Shown one piece after another: positions 28,258 through 38,429 of a stretch of 64,000 nucleotides of DNA. A program made the translations under genes and the position numbers. The DNA is from Patescibacteria group bacterium (lineage in GTDB: Bacteria; Patescibacteriota; Patescibacteriia; UBA9934). Position 1 is the stretch's first letter, and every line of letters begins with the position of its first letter. The stretch lies in the NCBI GenBank assembly GCA_041661425.1, contig JBAZUI010000003.1:10446-74445 (forward strand), read 5' to 3'. Below the pieces are notes generated by a model. That model saw only the letters and a program-made list of their open reading frames with translations. It had not been told where the DNA came from and did no database searches.

Positions 28258-29940
28258 ATGGCATTGGAGGAGAAGCAAATTCTTGATTTGCTTCTATCAC
28301 AACAGTACGTTTCAAGCGCTGATCTTGCGCGCGTGGAAAAACTCTCTAAACAAGGGGCGGGAACCCCACTTGATCTTTTGCTTTCCGGTGGATTTCTGTC
28401 GAAAGATCTTCTTGGGCAGGCGCTCGCGGAATTTTATAAAGTTCCGTATGCGGACTTGAATACAAAAATGCCGTCACGCGAACAGATTCTTCTTATTCCG
28501 GAAGGAGTTGCCAAGCAATTCCGTGCGGTTCTTTTTACGGATGCGCCAAAGAAGTTTGTGATTGCCACGGATTTGCCGCAGACGAGCGGACTTTCCACGG
28601 CAGTTAAGGAATCGGCAAAAGGGCGGACAGTAAGTGTGGTGTATGCTCTTTCCGAAGATATCGATCGGGCGCTTCAGACGTATTGGAAACCGCTCGAGAC
28701 CGAGCTTTCGGAAATTCTTTCAAATACAAAACGAGCCGCGCCAGAACTCGTCGAGGAGATTTTGCATCAAGCCATTGGTCTTCGCGCTTCGGATATCCAT
28801 TTCGAGCCGCAGGAGAAAGAAGTGGTGATTCGTTTTCGTATTGATGGAGTGATGCAGAGAGTCGCGTCACTCAAAAGAGAAACGTATGAGAATGTTTTGA
28901 ATCGGTTGAAAGTGATGTCGCATCTGCGTACGGATCAGCATGATAAAGCGCTTGATGGCTCCATCCGGTATCGATACGAAGGAGACGCGGTGGATATCCG
29001 TGTGTCCATCGTTCCGATTTTTGACGGAGAAAAAGTCGTCCTGCGTTTATTATCCTCGTATACGCGTGGGCTTTCCCTCGAGAGTTTGGGGCTCTCCAGT
29101 CCTGATCAAGAAAAACTCATTACCGCTTCCAATAAGCCGTTTGGGATGATTCTTGTGGCAGGGCCAACCGGATCAGGGAAAACAACAACGCTCTACGGCG
29201 TTATGAAAATTTTGAACACGGTTGAGGTAAATATTGCCACCATTGAGGATCCGGTGGAATATAAAATTCCGAATGTGAATCACATGCAAGTCAATTCCGA
29301 AACAGGATTGACGTTTGCGCGTGGACTGCGTTCTATTGTTCGTCAGGATCCGGATATTATCCTTGTGGGAGAAATTCGTGACGAAGAAACCGCGGATATT
29401 GCGACGAATGCGGCACTTACCGGCCATCTTTTGCTCTCGACATTTCATGCAAACGATGCCGCGACCGCCATTCCGCGTTTGCTTGATATGGGAGTGGAAC
29501 CGTTTCTTCTCGCTTCGACCTTGGAGCTGGTGATTGCCCAGCGACTTGTTCGGAAGATTTGCGATCAGTGTCGATACAGTCTCATAAAAACCGAAAAACA
29601 AATCAAAAAGGAGGCGCCTGATCTTTATTATTTCTCGCCAAAAAAATCCTATACTCTCTATGCAGGAAAAGGATGTCATGCTTGCGCGGGAACGGGTTTT
29701 TCCGGACGGACAGCTATTCTTGAAATTATCGAAATAAGTTCCGCCCTTCAGTCTCTTATTATGACGCGTCCGTCCACACAAGATATTTGGAAATTGGCGC
29801 GTGCGGAAGGGGCGACATCCATGTTTGAGGATGGGCTTCAAAAAGTTCTTCAAGGATTAACCACGCTCGAAGAATTACATCGCATTGCTTCGCCGTCGCG
29901 TGAAGATTTGGTTGCCATGCAAAAACGTGGGTTTGTATGA
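28258..29940 (+). CDS. pilB: Type IV pilus assembly ATPase PilB/GspE
   Basis: ASDIHFEP, GPTGSGKTT, TIEDPVE, RQDPDIILVGEIRD, CxxC...CxxC. Confidence 0.95.
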   Translation: MALEEKQILDLLLSQQYVSSADLARVEKLSKQGAGTPLDLLLSGGFLSKDLLGQALAEFYKVPYADLNTKMPSREQILLIPEGVAKQFRAVLFTDAPKKFVIATDLPQTSGLSTAVKESAKGRTVSVVYALSEDIDRALQTYWKPLETELSEILSNTKRAAPELVEEILHQAIGLRASDIHFEPQEKEVVIRFRIDGVMQRVASLKRETYENVLNRLKVMSHLRTDQHDKALDGSIRYRYEGDAVDIRVSIVPIFDGEKVVLRLLSSYTRGLSLESLGLSSPDQEKLITASNKPFGMILVAGPTGSGKTTTLYGVMKILNTVEVNIATIEDPVEYKIPNVNHMQVNSETGLTFARGLRSIVRQDPDIILVGEIRDEETADIATNAALTGHLLLSTFHANDAATAIPRLLDMGVEPFLLASTLELVIAQRLVRKICDQCRYSLIKTEKQIKKEAPDLYYFSPKKSYTLYAGKGCHACAGTGFSGRTAILEIIEISSALQSLIMTRPSTQDIWKLARAEGATSMFEDGLQKVLQGLTTLEELHRIASPSREDLVAMQKRGFV

Positions 29941-31628
29941 AAACAACCCCAAAAAAACAAACAGAGATTCTTGCGGAGAGCAGGGAAGAAACACAGCTAA
30001 AAGCGCGTGAGAAGACCCTTGCGAAAAAATCATCGAAGAAATTGAACACAAAAAAAACGAAGATCGAAAAATCTCCCGTCGCTTCTGCGGTGGTTCCATT
30101 AAAGAAATCACAGTGGAATCCGTTTCTTGCGCTTGTGCGTCTGGTGCGCAATAGTCTCAAGCGTCTTGATCGGATGACCATCGGAGGGAAGAAAGAGAAA
30201 GCATATTTTTTGGAATATCTTGCCGTGCTTATCACTTCGGGAATGGATCCCGCGAGCGCCATGCAATCGATTGGGAAGGATCTGCGCACGCGCTGGATTC
30301 GACAGCTTGTGGTTGAGGCGGAGGAGCGGATTCAGAGTGGAAGCAGTGTTTGGCAAACGCTCCAAGAAGCACATTTTTTGCCGAGTCATGTTATTTCACT
30401 TCTTCGCATCGGAGAAGAGTCAGGTCGTCTTTCGGACAATCTCAAAGCGGTCGTCCTCCAACAGCAAAAGGATGCGGAATTCAAATCAAAAGTTCAATCC
30501 GCCATGATGTATCCGGTATTTGTGATGTCCATCACCTTGATTGTCGGAACAGGGATTGCGTGGTTCATTTTGCCGCAACTCGCCTTGGTTTTTTCTTCGC
30601 TCGAAATGGACCTTCCATTCATCACGCGTCTCCTGATTATCGTTGGCGATTACTTGCGTTTGCATGGCACGGTTGCGGTTCCCGTATTCTTTGCGGTTTT
30701 TTTAACGTTGATTTACGTCATTTTTGGGATGCCGAAGACGAAAGTTATTGGACAGTGGTTCCTCCTCCATCTTCCGGGAGTGAAAATGGTGGTGCAACAA
30801 GTGGAGCTTTCGCGCACGGGGTTTATTCTTGGCACGTTATTGCAAGCTGGGCTCCCCATTATTGAAGCGGTTGAATCACTGCGTCAGGCAACGGTCATGT
30901 ATCACTATCGCCGATTTTATCGCGTATTGGGTGTCGCGCTCGAAGGAGGAGATTCATTTGCGCAAGTATTTTCATCATTTCGGCGCATGGGACGATTGAT
31001 TCCGAACCCGATTCAACAAATGATTGAAACCGCTGAGCGAAGTGGAACCCTTCCGGAAACGCTTATGCAAATCGGCACCATCTACGGCGAGAAGACGGAT
31101 AATTCAACAAAAAATCTTTCAGTTATTCTGGAACCGATTCTTCTTTTGATTGTTTGGCTTGGTGTGGTGGGAGTGGCCCTTGCCGTGATTCTCCCAATTT
31201 ACAGCTTGATCGGCAATCTCACCACAGCGACATCGGGCGGAGGAGCGACAACGGAGACAGAGACGTCTTCCCCGTTGAATACAGCACTCCAAGGGGATCA
31301 GGCTGTAGAGGGATTTGTTGGAAAAGTAACCGGAGGCATTCAAGACATCGTGCAATCCGCCGGAGAATATCTGGGAATCTATTCGGTGGAGAAACCCATG
31401 GCCGAAGAAGGATTGGTCGTGCATCGTCTTCGCATTTTATCGCCAATCGGCTATGTGAATGTTCGATCATCTCCATCAACCGCCGCAATGCTTCTTACGC
31501 AAGCGCTTGATGCCTCGGATTATGAATGGACCGTTCATGAAAATGGTTGGTATCAGATTATTCTATCCGATGGCAGTTTTGGCTGGATTGCGGATACGTA
31601 TGCGGAGGAAATAATCCCCGTGCCATGA
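29937..31628 (+). CDS. pilC: Type IV pilus platform protein PilC/GspF with C-terminal SH3b-like domain
   Basis: GEESG.L, AMMYP, LEP motifs; C-terminal VNVRSSPS...WYQI...GWI. Confidence 0.9.
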   Translation: MKTTPKKQTEILAESREETQLKAREKTLAKKSSKKLNTKKTKIEKSPVASAVVPLKKSQWNPFLALVRLVRNSLKRLDRMTIGGKKEKAYFLEYLAVLITSGMDPASAMQSIGKDLRTRWIRQLVVEAEERIQSGSSVWQTLQEAHFLPSHVISLLRIGEESGRLSDNLKAVVLQQQKDAEFKSKVQSAMMYPVFVMSITLIVGTGIAWFILPQLALVFSSLEMDLPFITRLLIIVGDYLRLHGTVAVPVFFAVFLTLIYVIFGMPKTKVIGQWFLLHLPGVKMVVQQVELSRTGFILGTLLQAGLPIIEAVESLRQATVMYHYRRFYRVLGVALEGGDSFAQVFSSFRRMGRLIPNPIQQMIETAERSGTLPETLMQIGTIYGEKTDNSTKNLSVILEPILLLIVWLGVVGVALAVILPIYSLIGNLTTATSGGGATTETETSSPLNTALQGDQAVEGFVGKVTGGIQDIVQSAGEYLGIYSVEKPMAEEGLVVHRLRILSPIGYVNVRSSPSTAAMLLTQALDASDYEWTVHENGWYQIILSDGSFGWIADTYAEEIIPVP

Positions 31629-32083
31629 ATTGGATCGCCACACGGGTTCATCTCCCCGGCTTTTCGATGCTCGAAATGCTTCTTGTGGTGGCAACCATTG
31701 GGATTCTTGCCACCATTTCTATCCCGATCTATCGCTCAATCCTCACGGGGAATGAAATGCAAGTCGCGCGTGAAATTCTTGTGCGTGGCCTTCGTGTTGC
31801 AGAGCTTCGCACCCAATCAGGAGCTGAGGATGCATCTTGGGGAGTATTTGCACAAAGCGGTTCCGTGACGATTTTTTCCGGAGCGAACTATGTTGAGCGC
31901 GATCCAACCCTTGATGATATTTATGTCGTCTCCCAAGAACTCAATTTTTCCGGAGATACGGAAGTGACGTTCACCGCCCCGTTCGGTCAGCTTCTCACGG
32001 AAAAAACACTCATCCTCTCTCAAACTGGACATGACTCCATTTCAATTACCATTAATCTTGAAGGAGCAATCGCCTATGAATAG
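31625..32083 (+). CDS. Minor pilin (FimT-like)
   Basis: G|FSMLEMLLVV class III signal. Confidence 0.85.
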   Translation: MNWIATRVHLPGFSMLEMLLVVATIGILATISIPIYRSILTGNEMQVAREILVRGLRVAELRTQSGAEDASWGVFAQSGSVTIFSGANYVERDPTLDDIYVVSQELNFSGDTEVTFTAPFGQLLTEKTLILSQTGHDSISITINLEGAIAYE

Positions 32084-35000
32084 GCGAGGGTTCGTTGAAG
32101 CGGAAGTGCTATTGGCCGTGACAATTTTTGCGCTTCTTGTCACCACGGTCGGTGGAGTGCTTTATTCGTTACGTCAAAGTGAATATCTTTCTGGGATGAT
32201 GTCGCGTGCAACCTTTCTTGCCGAGGGGGGATTGGAAGCGGTACGAAGTCTTCGTGATCGTGCCATCAATGAAATGATTTACAATCAGAGTGCCGTGGAG
32301 ATAACAGGAAATGCCTGGAGTTTTGTTGGCGAAGGAACAGAAGAAGCGCTCGGTGATTTTACGAGGACGATTACTCTTGAGCCGGTATGTCGAAACGCAG
32401 CTGAGGAAATCACGACGTGCCCTGGAAACCGGACGGACATCTCCATGAAAAAAGTCACGTCAACGATTGATTGGACAACCATTCTTGGAGTTCATCAGTC
32501 TCTTTCCCTCACAAATTTATTATCAAATTGGGGGTCAATGAATTGGATTCAGACAGATTGGTCTGGTGGTTCGGGTCAGACTCTTTGGTCTGATGCAACA
32601 AAATATGCGACCGACGATGGCAATATCGATCCGACGATTTCCGGGGAGGTGAAGCTCGCCATGTCAACGGGAGGTGTTTCCTGTTCATCGAAAGTTTGGG
32701 ATTTTTCCACATCAAGTGAGTATACATTTGACCCGGCGCTTATTGAGGTGACGGGTGGAATGGCGCAACTTAAAAATATCGGTGGCATCTCCATGACAAC
32801 ACTCACGTCTGTTGATTCGTATGCAACTGGCGTCAATGCTTCGCATCCAAATATGGTACACGTTTCTGGAAATGTCTATGCCTATGCCTTTAGCGGTTCG
32901 GGAAATGATGGGTTTATTTCAACGGTGACGATTTCTCCAACAGGAGCCATCACAAAAAGTATTATTGATACATTTGAATACGATACTGTTGATGGGTACG
33001 ACCCTGATCTCATGTATATCTCCGGAAACATCTATGCGGTTGCCTATCGTGGGTCCGGAAATGATGGCTGGGTTGCAACGGTGACGATTTCAACCGCCGG
33101 GGTGATTACAAAAACGGTGATCGATACTTTGGAATGGGATACGGCCAATGGATACGAACCTGATATTTTTCTTGTGTCCGGAAATGTGTATGGGGTTGCG
33201 TATCGGGGAACGGGAAGTGCGGGAATTGTAAAAACGTTTACCATCGATACAGCTGGAAATATCGGAGCAGCGGTGATTGATACTCTCACGTTTGACGCCA
33301 CAGGAAATACACCGTTTGTTCTATCGGTCGGTGCAGGTTATTGGGCAATTGTTTACTCGGGGCCGGGAAATGATGGCTGGATGGCGACCGTCAATATTAC
33401 TTCCGCGGGGATTATTCCCGCAACCATTACGGATAGCTACGAATTTGATCCCTCCAATGGTCAGTATCCATCAATTGGGAGTCTTGGAGGAGATAAATAC
33501 CTGGTGGCCTATACCGGTGCAGCGGGCGACGGGTGGCTTGCAACCTTTGCGGTGAGTTCCACAGGTGTCATTACAAAATCACTTATTGATACCTTGGAAT
33601 TTGACGCAAGTGATGGAACTTATCCTGTCCTTAAAAAGGTCACAGGAACGTTTTGGACGGTTTCTTATACCGGATCTGGGAATGACGGTTTTGTTGTGTT
33701 GGTGAATGCGGCGGCGGATGGAATATTACCCGCGGCAGTCACAGCAAGTCTTGAATATGATCCCACGTATAGTCTTTCGCCATCTGTCGTCTATTTGAGC
33801 GATTATTACTTTGGCATTGCGTATATCGGGAGCGCAAATAATGTGAAGCTCGCAACTTTTTCTGTAACGGGTTCAGCAACGACCTTGTACTCAACAACGA
33901 ATCCCTCGATTTTTCCGACGAGTTCGCAAACCGCGACCAGTTTTGATGAGTGGACATCATTTACCGAAGTCGCCACAAAAGGGACAGGTGAAATTTATTA
34001 TCAACTTTCCGATGATAATGGTGTGACGTGGTATTGGTGGAATGGCACGACCTGGGCCGTGGCAGGAACTGGAAATTATAATTCTGCGACCGTGGTGAAT
34101 TCAAAGATTTATGCTTTTCCGGTTGCCTCTGGGCAAATTAAATTCCGTGCATTTCTTTCGAGCAGCGGAACACAGCAAGTCCAATTAGATTCTGTCACGA
34201 TTGGGTGTAGCGCCATGCAATTCGAAATTGGATCGATCAACGCAAATAATACGTGGCAGACCGTCACAATGCTTCAAAATTATAGTGATCCCATTGTGGT
34301 GGGATCGTATCAAGAAATTGCAAATACCGCGGATATTTCTGTGCGGATTCGAAATGTCACCACCACCACTTTCGACGTCCGTCTCGAGAGTGCAAGCGGA
34401 GCGAGCATCTCAGCTGATCCCGTGACGTATTTTGTGATGGAGCGTGGCGTCTGGACCATTGGGGGATTTAATTTTGAGGCGCAAAAACAAACAGTCGCGA
34501 CCGTTGCCACGGCCTCGAGTTGGGTGGCCGATCAAGTGACATTTCACCGAGGATTTGGGATAGCACCGTTTGTCATGCATCAAGTGATGTCGCAAAGTGA
34601 CTCAAAATGGATCACCACTTGGGTGAGCCAATACGGGACTCGAACAAATCCACCCATTTCAACAGGATTTGGATTGGGGCTCAATGCGGCTGAAGTTGCG
34701 GCAAGTGCAACGCATGGCGCGGAAACCGTGGGTTGGATTGCAACCGACGCAAATGTCGGTGGAACCCTTGGCGGTGTCTTATTCGAAACTCATCTTACCG
34801 GATCAACCGTGCAAGGTCACGATAACGGGTGTTATACAACCCCGTATTCCTATACCTATACCGCAGCTCCAAAGGTGTTGGGTTTTCAACAAACCATGAA
34901 TGATCCCAACGGTGGATGGGCGGTGGTTTGTAGCAATAGTACGGCACAACCAGGATTTCATATCGAGGAAGATTCGGTTCTTGATGCGGAACGGAGTCAC

Positions 35001-35402
35001 GGAACGGAACAAATTGGATTCCTTGCATTTTCAACAGGCACGCGGTATTCCTCCGTTGGCGGTAGTTTGTACCCTCTGTACGGAGAATTGACATCATCAG
35101 CTTTCAATCTAACCGATGTGTCACCGGTGCAAATATTGGAGTGGGATGAAGAGACGACGTCTTGCACGCCGGCATGTACAATAAAAATTCAGGTTCGCAC
35201 CGCACCTGATGTTGCGGGCGCTCCAGGGATTTTTACCTCGTGGTATGGAGCAGGTGGGGTTGGAACGTATTTTACAGATCCTGCCGGATCACTTATTCCA
35301 AAGGATTTGAATTGGAATCAGTGGGTTGAATATCGGGTGGAATTGGCAGGAGATGGAATACAAACCCCGGTTCTCCAAGAAGTTCGTCTCAATTATCGAT
35401 GA
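32076..35402 (+). CDS. Large minor pilin fused to beta-propeller and lectin-like adhesin domains
   Basis: RRG|FVEAEVLL class III signal; ~7 repeats of Y-A-V-A-Y-x-G-x-G-N-D-G-W...IDTLEFD. Confidence 0.8.
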   Translation: MNRRGFVEAEVLLAVTIFALLVTTVGGVLYSLRQSEYLSGMMSRATFLAEGGLEAVRSLRDRAINEMIYNQSAVEITGNAWSFVGEGTEEALGDFTRTITLEPVCRNAAEEITTCPGNRTDISMKKVTSTIDWTTILGVHQSLSLTNLLSNWGSMNWIQTDWSGGSGQTLWSDATKYATDDGNIDPTISGEVKLAMSTGGVSCSSKVWDFSTSSEYTFDPALIEVTGGMAQLKNIGGISMTTLTSVDSYATGVNASHPNMVHVSGNVYAYAFSGSGNDGFISTVTISPTGAITKSIIDTFEYDTVDGYDPDLMYISGNIYAVAYRGSGNDGWVATVTISTAGVITKTVIDTLEWDTANGYEPDIFLVSGNVYGVAYRGTGSAGIVKTFTIDTAGNIGAAVIDTLTFDATGNTPFVLSVGAGYWAIVYSGPGNDGWMATVNITSAGIIPATITDSYEFDPSNGQYPSIGSLGGDKYLVAYTGAAGDGWLATFAVSSTGVITKSLIDTLEFDASDGTYPVLKKVTGTFWTVSYTGSGNDGFVVLVNAAADGILPAAVTASLEYDPTYSLSPSVVYLSDYYFGIAYIGSANNVKLATFSVTGSATTLYSTTNPSIFPTSSQTATSFDEWTSFTEVATKGTGEIYYQLSDDNGVTWYWWNGTTWAVAGTGNYNSATVVNSKIYAFPVASGQIKFRAFLSSSGTQQVQLDSVTIGCSAMQFEIGSINANNTWQTVTMLQNYSDPIVVGSYQEIANTADISVRIRNVTTTTFDVRLESASGASISADPVTYFVMERGVWTIGGFNFEAQKQTVATVATASSWVADQVTFHRGFGIAPFVMHQVMSQSDSKWITTWVSQYGTRTNPPISTGFGLGLNAAEVAASATHGAETVGWIATDANVGGTLGGVLFETHLTGSTVQGHDNGCYTTPYSYTYTAAPKVLGFQQTMNDPNGGWAVVCSNSTAQPGFHIEEDSVLDAERSHGTEQIGFLAFSTGTRYSSVGGSLYPLYGELTSSAFNLTDVSPVQILEWDEETTSCTPACTIKIQVRTAPDVAGAPGIFTSWYGAGGVGTYFTDPAGSLIPKDLNWNQWVEYRVELAGDGIQTPVLQEVRLNYR

Positions 35403-35403
35403 T

Positions 35404-35904
35404 ATGGAATATCGTGCAAAAGGATTTACTCTCATTGAACTCCTCCTCTATATTGCCTGTGCATCAGTCATTCTTTTACTGGGAGGATCATTTTTGCACA
35501 TGGTGCTCGAAACGCGTGTGCGTCAGGAAGTGATGTCAACGGTCGAAGAAGAAGGACGATTTGCCATGAATACAATCATTGCAGAGATTCGCACAGCGTC
35601 ACATGTCGCCGCTCCTCTGCCTGCAATAACAAGCACGTCACTTCTATTGGATATGCCAGGGGGAACACAGGAGACGTTTGTTTTATCCGGAACCGTACTT
35701 GTATTTACGCGTGGCGTTAATCCATCTCTATCTCTCACATCAAATCTTGTTGAAATAAGCAATCTTCAATTTCAAAATGTGAGTGCGGAAAATGCGGGGG
35801 ATAGTATCAAAATCACCTTCACACTTTCACATGTCAACTCTTCGAATAAATCCGAGTATACCTATGTCCAAACGTTCACAAGCGCGACAACAATCCGGCC
35901 ATAA
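35404..35904 (+). CDS. Minor pilin (PilW-like)
   Basis: KG|FTLIELLLY. Confidence 0.85.
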   Translation: MEYRAKGFTLIELLLYIACASVILLLGGSFLHMVLETRVRQEVMSTVEEEGRFAMNTIIAEIRTASHVAAPLPAITSTSLLLDMPGGTQETFVLSGTVLVFTRGVNPSLSLTSNLVEISNLQFQNVSAENAGDSIKITFTLSHVNSSNKSEYTYVQTFTSATTIRP

Positions 35905-36286
35905 GGGATTTATCACCCTCACGGGTATTTTGATTATTGCCGCGGTCTCGGTGACAATCGTCATTGCATTTTTTGGATTAGCCGTTGGTGGCATGAATGT
36001 GGCAACAGTTTTTAAACACGGGGAGCAGGCGCGTGCCCTTGCGGAAAGTTGTGCAGAGGAGGCATTAGGACAACTGCGACTTTCCGATGCGTATGCGGCT
36101 GGGAAAATCATTACATTTACTCATGGCTCTTGTCAGATCGTTGCCATCGCCGGTTCGGGAAATACGAATCGCACTCTTCAGGTCATTGGAGTTGTTGAGG
36201 GAACGACGCGACGCTTAGAAATAGAAATCGCACAAATTTCCCCTATCATACAAATTATTTCGTGGACGGAGGTCGCCATATTTTAA
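35864..36286 (+). CDS. PilX-like minor pilin
   Basis: KG|FITL with no Glu5; A..LAESCAEEAL; C-terminal WTE. Confidence 0.8.
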   Translation: MSKRSQARQQSGHKGFITLTGILIIAAVSVTIVIAFFGLAVGGMNVATVFKHGEQARALAESCAEEALGQLRLSDAYAAGKIITFTHGSCQIVAIAGSGNTNRTLQVIGVVEGTTRRLEIEIAQISPIIQIISWTEVAIF

Positions 36287-36324
36287 ACAATCAAGTATAA
36301 TCAAATAAACATTTAACAATAGAT

Positions 36325-36786
36325 ATGAAATACTCATTTCAAAAAGGATTTACTTTATTGGAAATCCTCCTCGTGGTTGCGGCGATTGCGATCTTGGCTG
36401 GGATCGTGATTATCGCTATCAACCCTGCAAAACAATTGGCCGAAGTCCGCAATGCGCAACGAGCTATTGATGTGAATACGATTCTCAATGGCGTCTATCA
36501 ATATTCCATCGATAATAACGGAGATCTGCCCGCTTCTGTTAATGGCGGAACGAGCTGTGGAACTGTTGAGGAAGATGAAATTTGTACAACCGGTGGAACT
36601 TGTACGGATCTTACTGATTTGGGCGTGATTACAGCGGATCAAACGTATCTCGTCAGTATGCCGGAAGATCCGCAAGATGCAACCGCAAATGGAACAGGGT
36701 ATTTTATTATTCAAAGTACGAACGGCCGTGTGACCGTTTGCGCTCCCGGAGCAGAATTAGATGCAACGATTACCGTTACTCGATAA
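36325..36786 (+). CDS. Type IV major pilin candidate
   Basis: KG|FTLLEILLVV; own TATAAT at 36296-36301; Cys pairs; MPEDP. Confidence 0.9.
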   Translation: MKYSFQKGFTLLEILLVVAAIAILAGIVIIAINPAKQLAEVRNAQRAIDVNTILNGVYQYSIDNNGDLPASVNGGTSCGTVEEDEICTTGGTCTDLTDLGVITADQTYLVSMPEDPQDATANGTGYFIIQSTNGRVTVCAPGAELDATITVTR

Positions 36787-36787
36787 T

Positions 36788-37234
36788 ATGAAAAAGGGGT
36801 TTACGCTTATAGAAATTCTTCTCGTGGTGGCGGCTATTGCGATTCTTGCCGGGATTGTGATCATTGCCATTAACCCCGCCAAACAATTAGCCGAAGTTCG
36901 AAACGCACAGCGTTGGGAAAATGTGAATACGATTTTGAATGGCGTCTATCAGTATTCCATCGATCACAATGGTGATCTCCCAACCACGATCAATGAAAAT
37001 TCAAGTTGTGCGGGGTATGCCGTGAATGAAATTTGTTATGGGTCTTCGTGTGCAAGTTATACGAATTTAAGTGCACTCACAACAGAAGAAGTCTATTTAG
37101 TTGGTATGCCACGCGATCCCTCAATTTCTTCAGGAAGTGGGTCTGGATATTTTATTCACAAAACCGAATATGATCGTGTTGAGGTCTGCGCTCCCGAAGC
37201 TGAACTAGAAGAGACGATTAGTGTAAAACGATAA
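36788..37234 (+). CDS. Type IV pilin paralog
   Basis: KG|FTLIEILLVV; near-identical N-terminal half to the preceding pilin. Confidence 0.9.
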   Translation: MKKGFTLIEILLVVAAIAILAGIVIIAINPAKQLAEVRNAQRWENVNTILNGVYQYSIDHNGDLPTTINENSSCAGYAVNEICYGSSCASYTNLSALTTEEVYLVGMPRDPSISSGSGSGYFIHKTEYDRVEVCAPEAELEETISVKR

Positions 37235-37283
37235 GGGGATGTCGAGGCAGGTCTGTGACCTGCCTTTGTGATTTTCGTTATTT

Positions 37284-38039
37284 ATGGTCATCGAGATCGT
37301 GATTGGAGGTATTTTTGGAAGCATCATCGCGAGTGCGATTGGATGTGCAGCCATGCGAGCGGGTGATGGTCGATCATTTTTTTATGGTCGATCGCTTTGT
37401 GATGGATGTCAAAAAATATTGCATCCTCTTGCTCTGATTCCAATTTTAAGTTTTTGTTTTCAAAAAGGACGTGCGCGATGTTGCGGGGTGCGACTTTCGC
37501 GAATTTATTTGCTTCTTGAAATGGTTGGGGCCATCCTTGGAGGATATATAGGATACGAGATTTGGCAGGGGGTGAGTACATGGGGAGTGATTCGATGGAT
37601 TTTGGTGATTGGATTTATTCTTTGGACTATCGCAACCGATGGACATAAGATGCTAGTTTCTCTTCCGGTCACTTTAGGATTTTCTGTCATCATGATGATT
37701 CTTCCTTTTGAATACGGGACTATCTTTAATCGTTTATTCATGGCCGGATGTTTTGTCATATTTTTTGGTGTGCAGTATTTATTCACAAAAGGAAAGGGGA
37801 TTGGGACAGGTGATTTTGCACTCGGGATTGCTCTTGGAACGAGTTTGGGATTTCCGTTAGCAATTATCGCTGCAATGGTTGGCTATGTGATTGGCGCCTT
37901 TCACGCGATGTATTTGCTGATGATAAAAAAAGCGGATCGAAGAACTCCCTTGCCATTGGGGGTGTATTTAATGTTGGGTCTCGCGATTACTTTTATGGGA
38001 TCTTCTTTTATTTTTTCTTGGTTAGGGATTGTACAATAA
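37284..38039 (+). CDS. pilD: Prepilin peptidase (A24)
   Basis: RS.C..C...LIP..SF...GR..CC; G.GD; PLG.YL motifs. Confidence 0.9.
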   Translation: MVIEIVIGGIFGSIIASAIGCAAMRAGDGRSFFYGRSLCDGCQKILHPLALIPILSFCFQKGRARCCGVRLSRIYLLLEMVGAILGGYIGYEIWQGVSTWGVIRWILVIGFILWTIATDGHKMLVSLPVTLGFSVIMMILPFEYGTIFNRLFMAGCFVIFFGVQYLFTKGKGIGTGDFALGIALGTSLGFPLAIIAAMVGYVIGAFHAMYLLMIKKADRRTPLPLGVYLMLGLAITFMGSSFIFSWLGIVQ

Positions 38040-38086
38040 TAGGGATCTTGCAGAAAAATAAAAGATTTGGTACGATTTTGCCGCTC

Positions 38087-38163
38087 GGGTCGGTAGTTCA
38101 ATTGGTTAGAGCACCGCCCTGTCACGGCGGAAGTTGCGGGTTCGAGCCCCGTCCGACCCGCCA
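38087..38163 (+). tRNA. tRNA-Asp (GTC)
   Basis: GGGTCGG/CCGACCC acceptor stem, CCGCC-CTGTCAC-GGCGG anticodon arm, TTCGA T-loop, encoded CCA; promoter-like TTGCAG-17-TACGAT at 38048-38076. Confidence 0.97.
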
Positions 38164-38193
38164 AAAGATCTCCAGTTCATCTGGAGATCTTTT
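38163..38193 (+). terminator. Intrinsic terminator after tRNA-Asp
   Basis: AAAAGATCTCCAG-TTCAT-CTGGAGATCTTTT. Confidence 0.75.
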
Positions 38194-38203
38194 ATTTCGA
38201 AGA

Positions 38204-38270
38204 ACCACCCCTTACCCCTCCTTTGAAAGGAGGGGTAATTACGTAGGGACAGGTCGCGACCTGTCCCTAC
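38204..38270. repeat. CCCCTCCTTTGAAAGGAGGGG palindrome plus REP GTAGGGACAGGTC..GACCTGTCCCTAC
   Basis: Same palindrome recurs at 48765-48850 and, inverted, at 54322-54406. Confidence 0.75.
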
Positions 38271-38360
38271 AGAATGATGCAGGTGGATAAAATTTCAATA
38301 GGTAGAATGACAGATAGAACGAAGAAAGCCGAGACAGGGGTTAGGGGCTGGAACCCCCTT

Positions 38361-38416
38361 AAAAACAATTCGAGTCCCGTTTCGCGAGACGAGTAGTCTC
38401 AAGCGATACGGGACTC
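38361..38416 (-). terminator. Long 3' hairpin/terminator of high-GC gene 38430-40082
   Basis: Minus strand GAGTCCCGT-ATCGC-GAGAC/GTCTC-GCGA-ACGGGACTC followed by GAATTGTTTTT. Confidence 0.7.
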
Positions 38417-38429
38417 AGAGAGGTGTGCG

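Noticed and set aside
37901-38290. ORFs overlapping tRNA-Asp
   Set aside because: Spurious translations of the tRNA and adjacent repeats.
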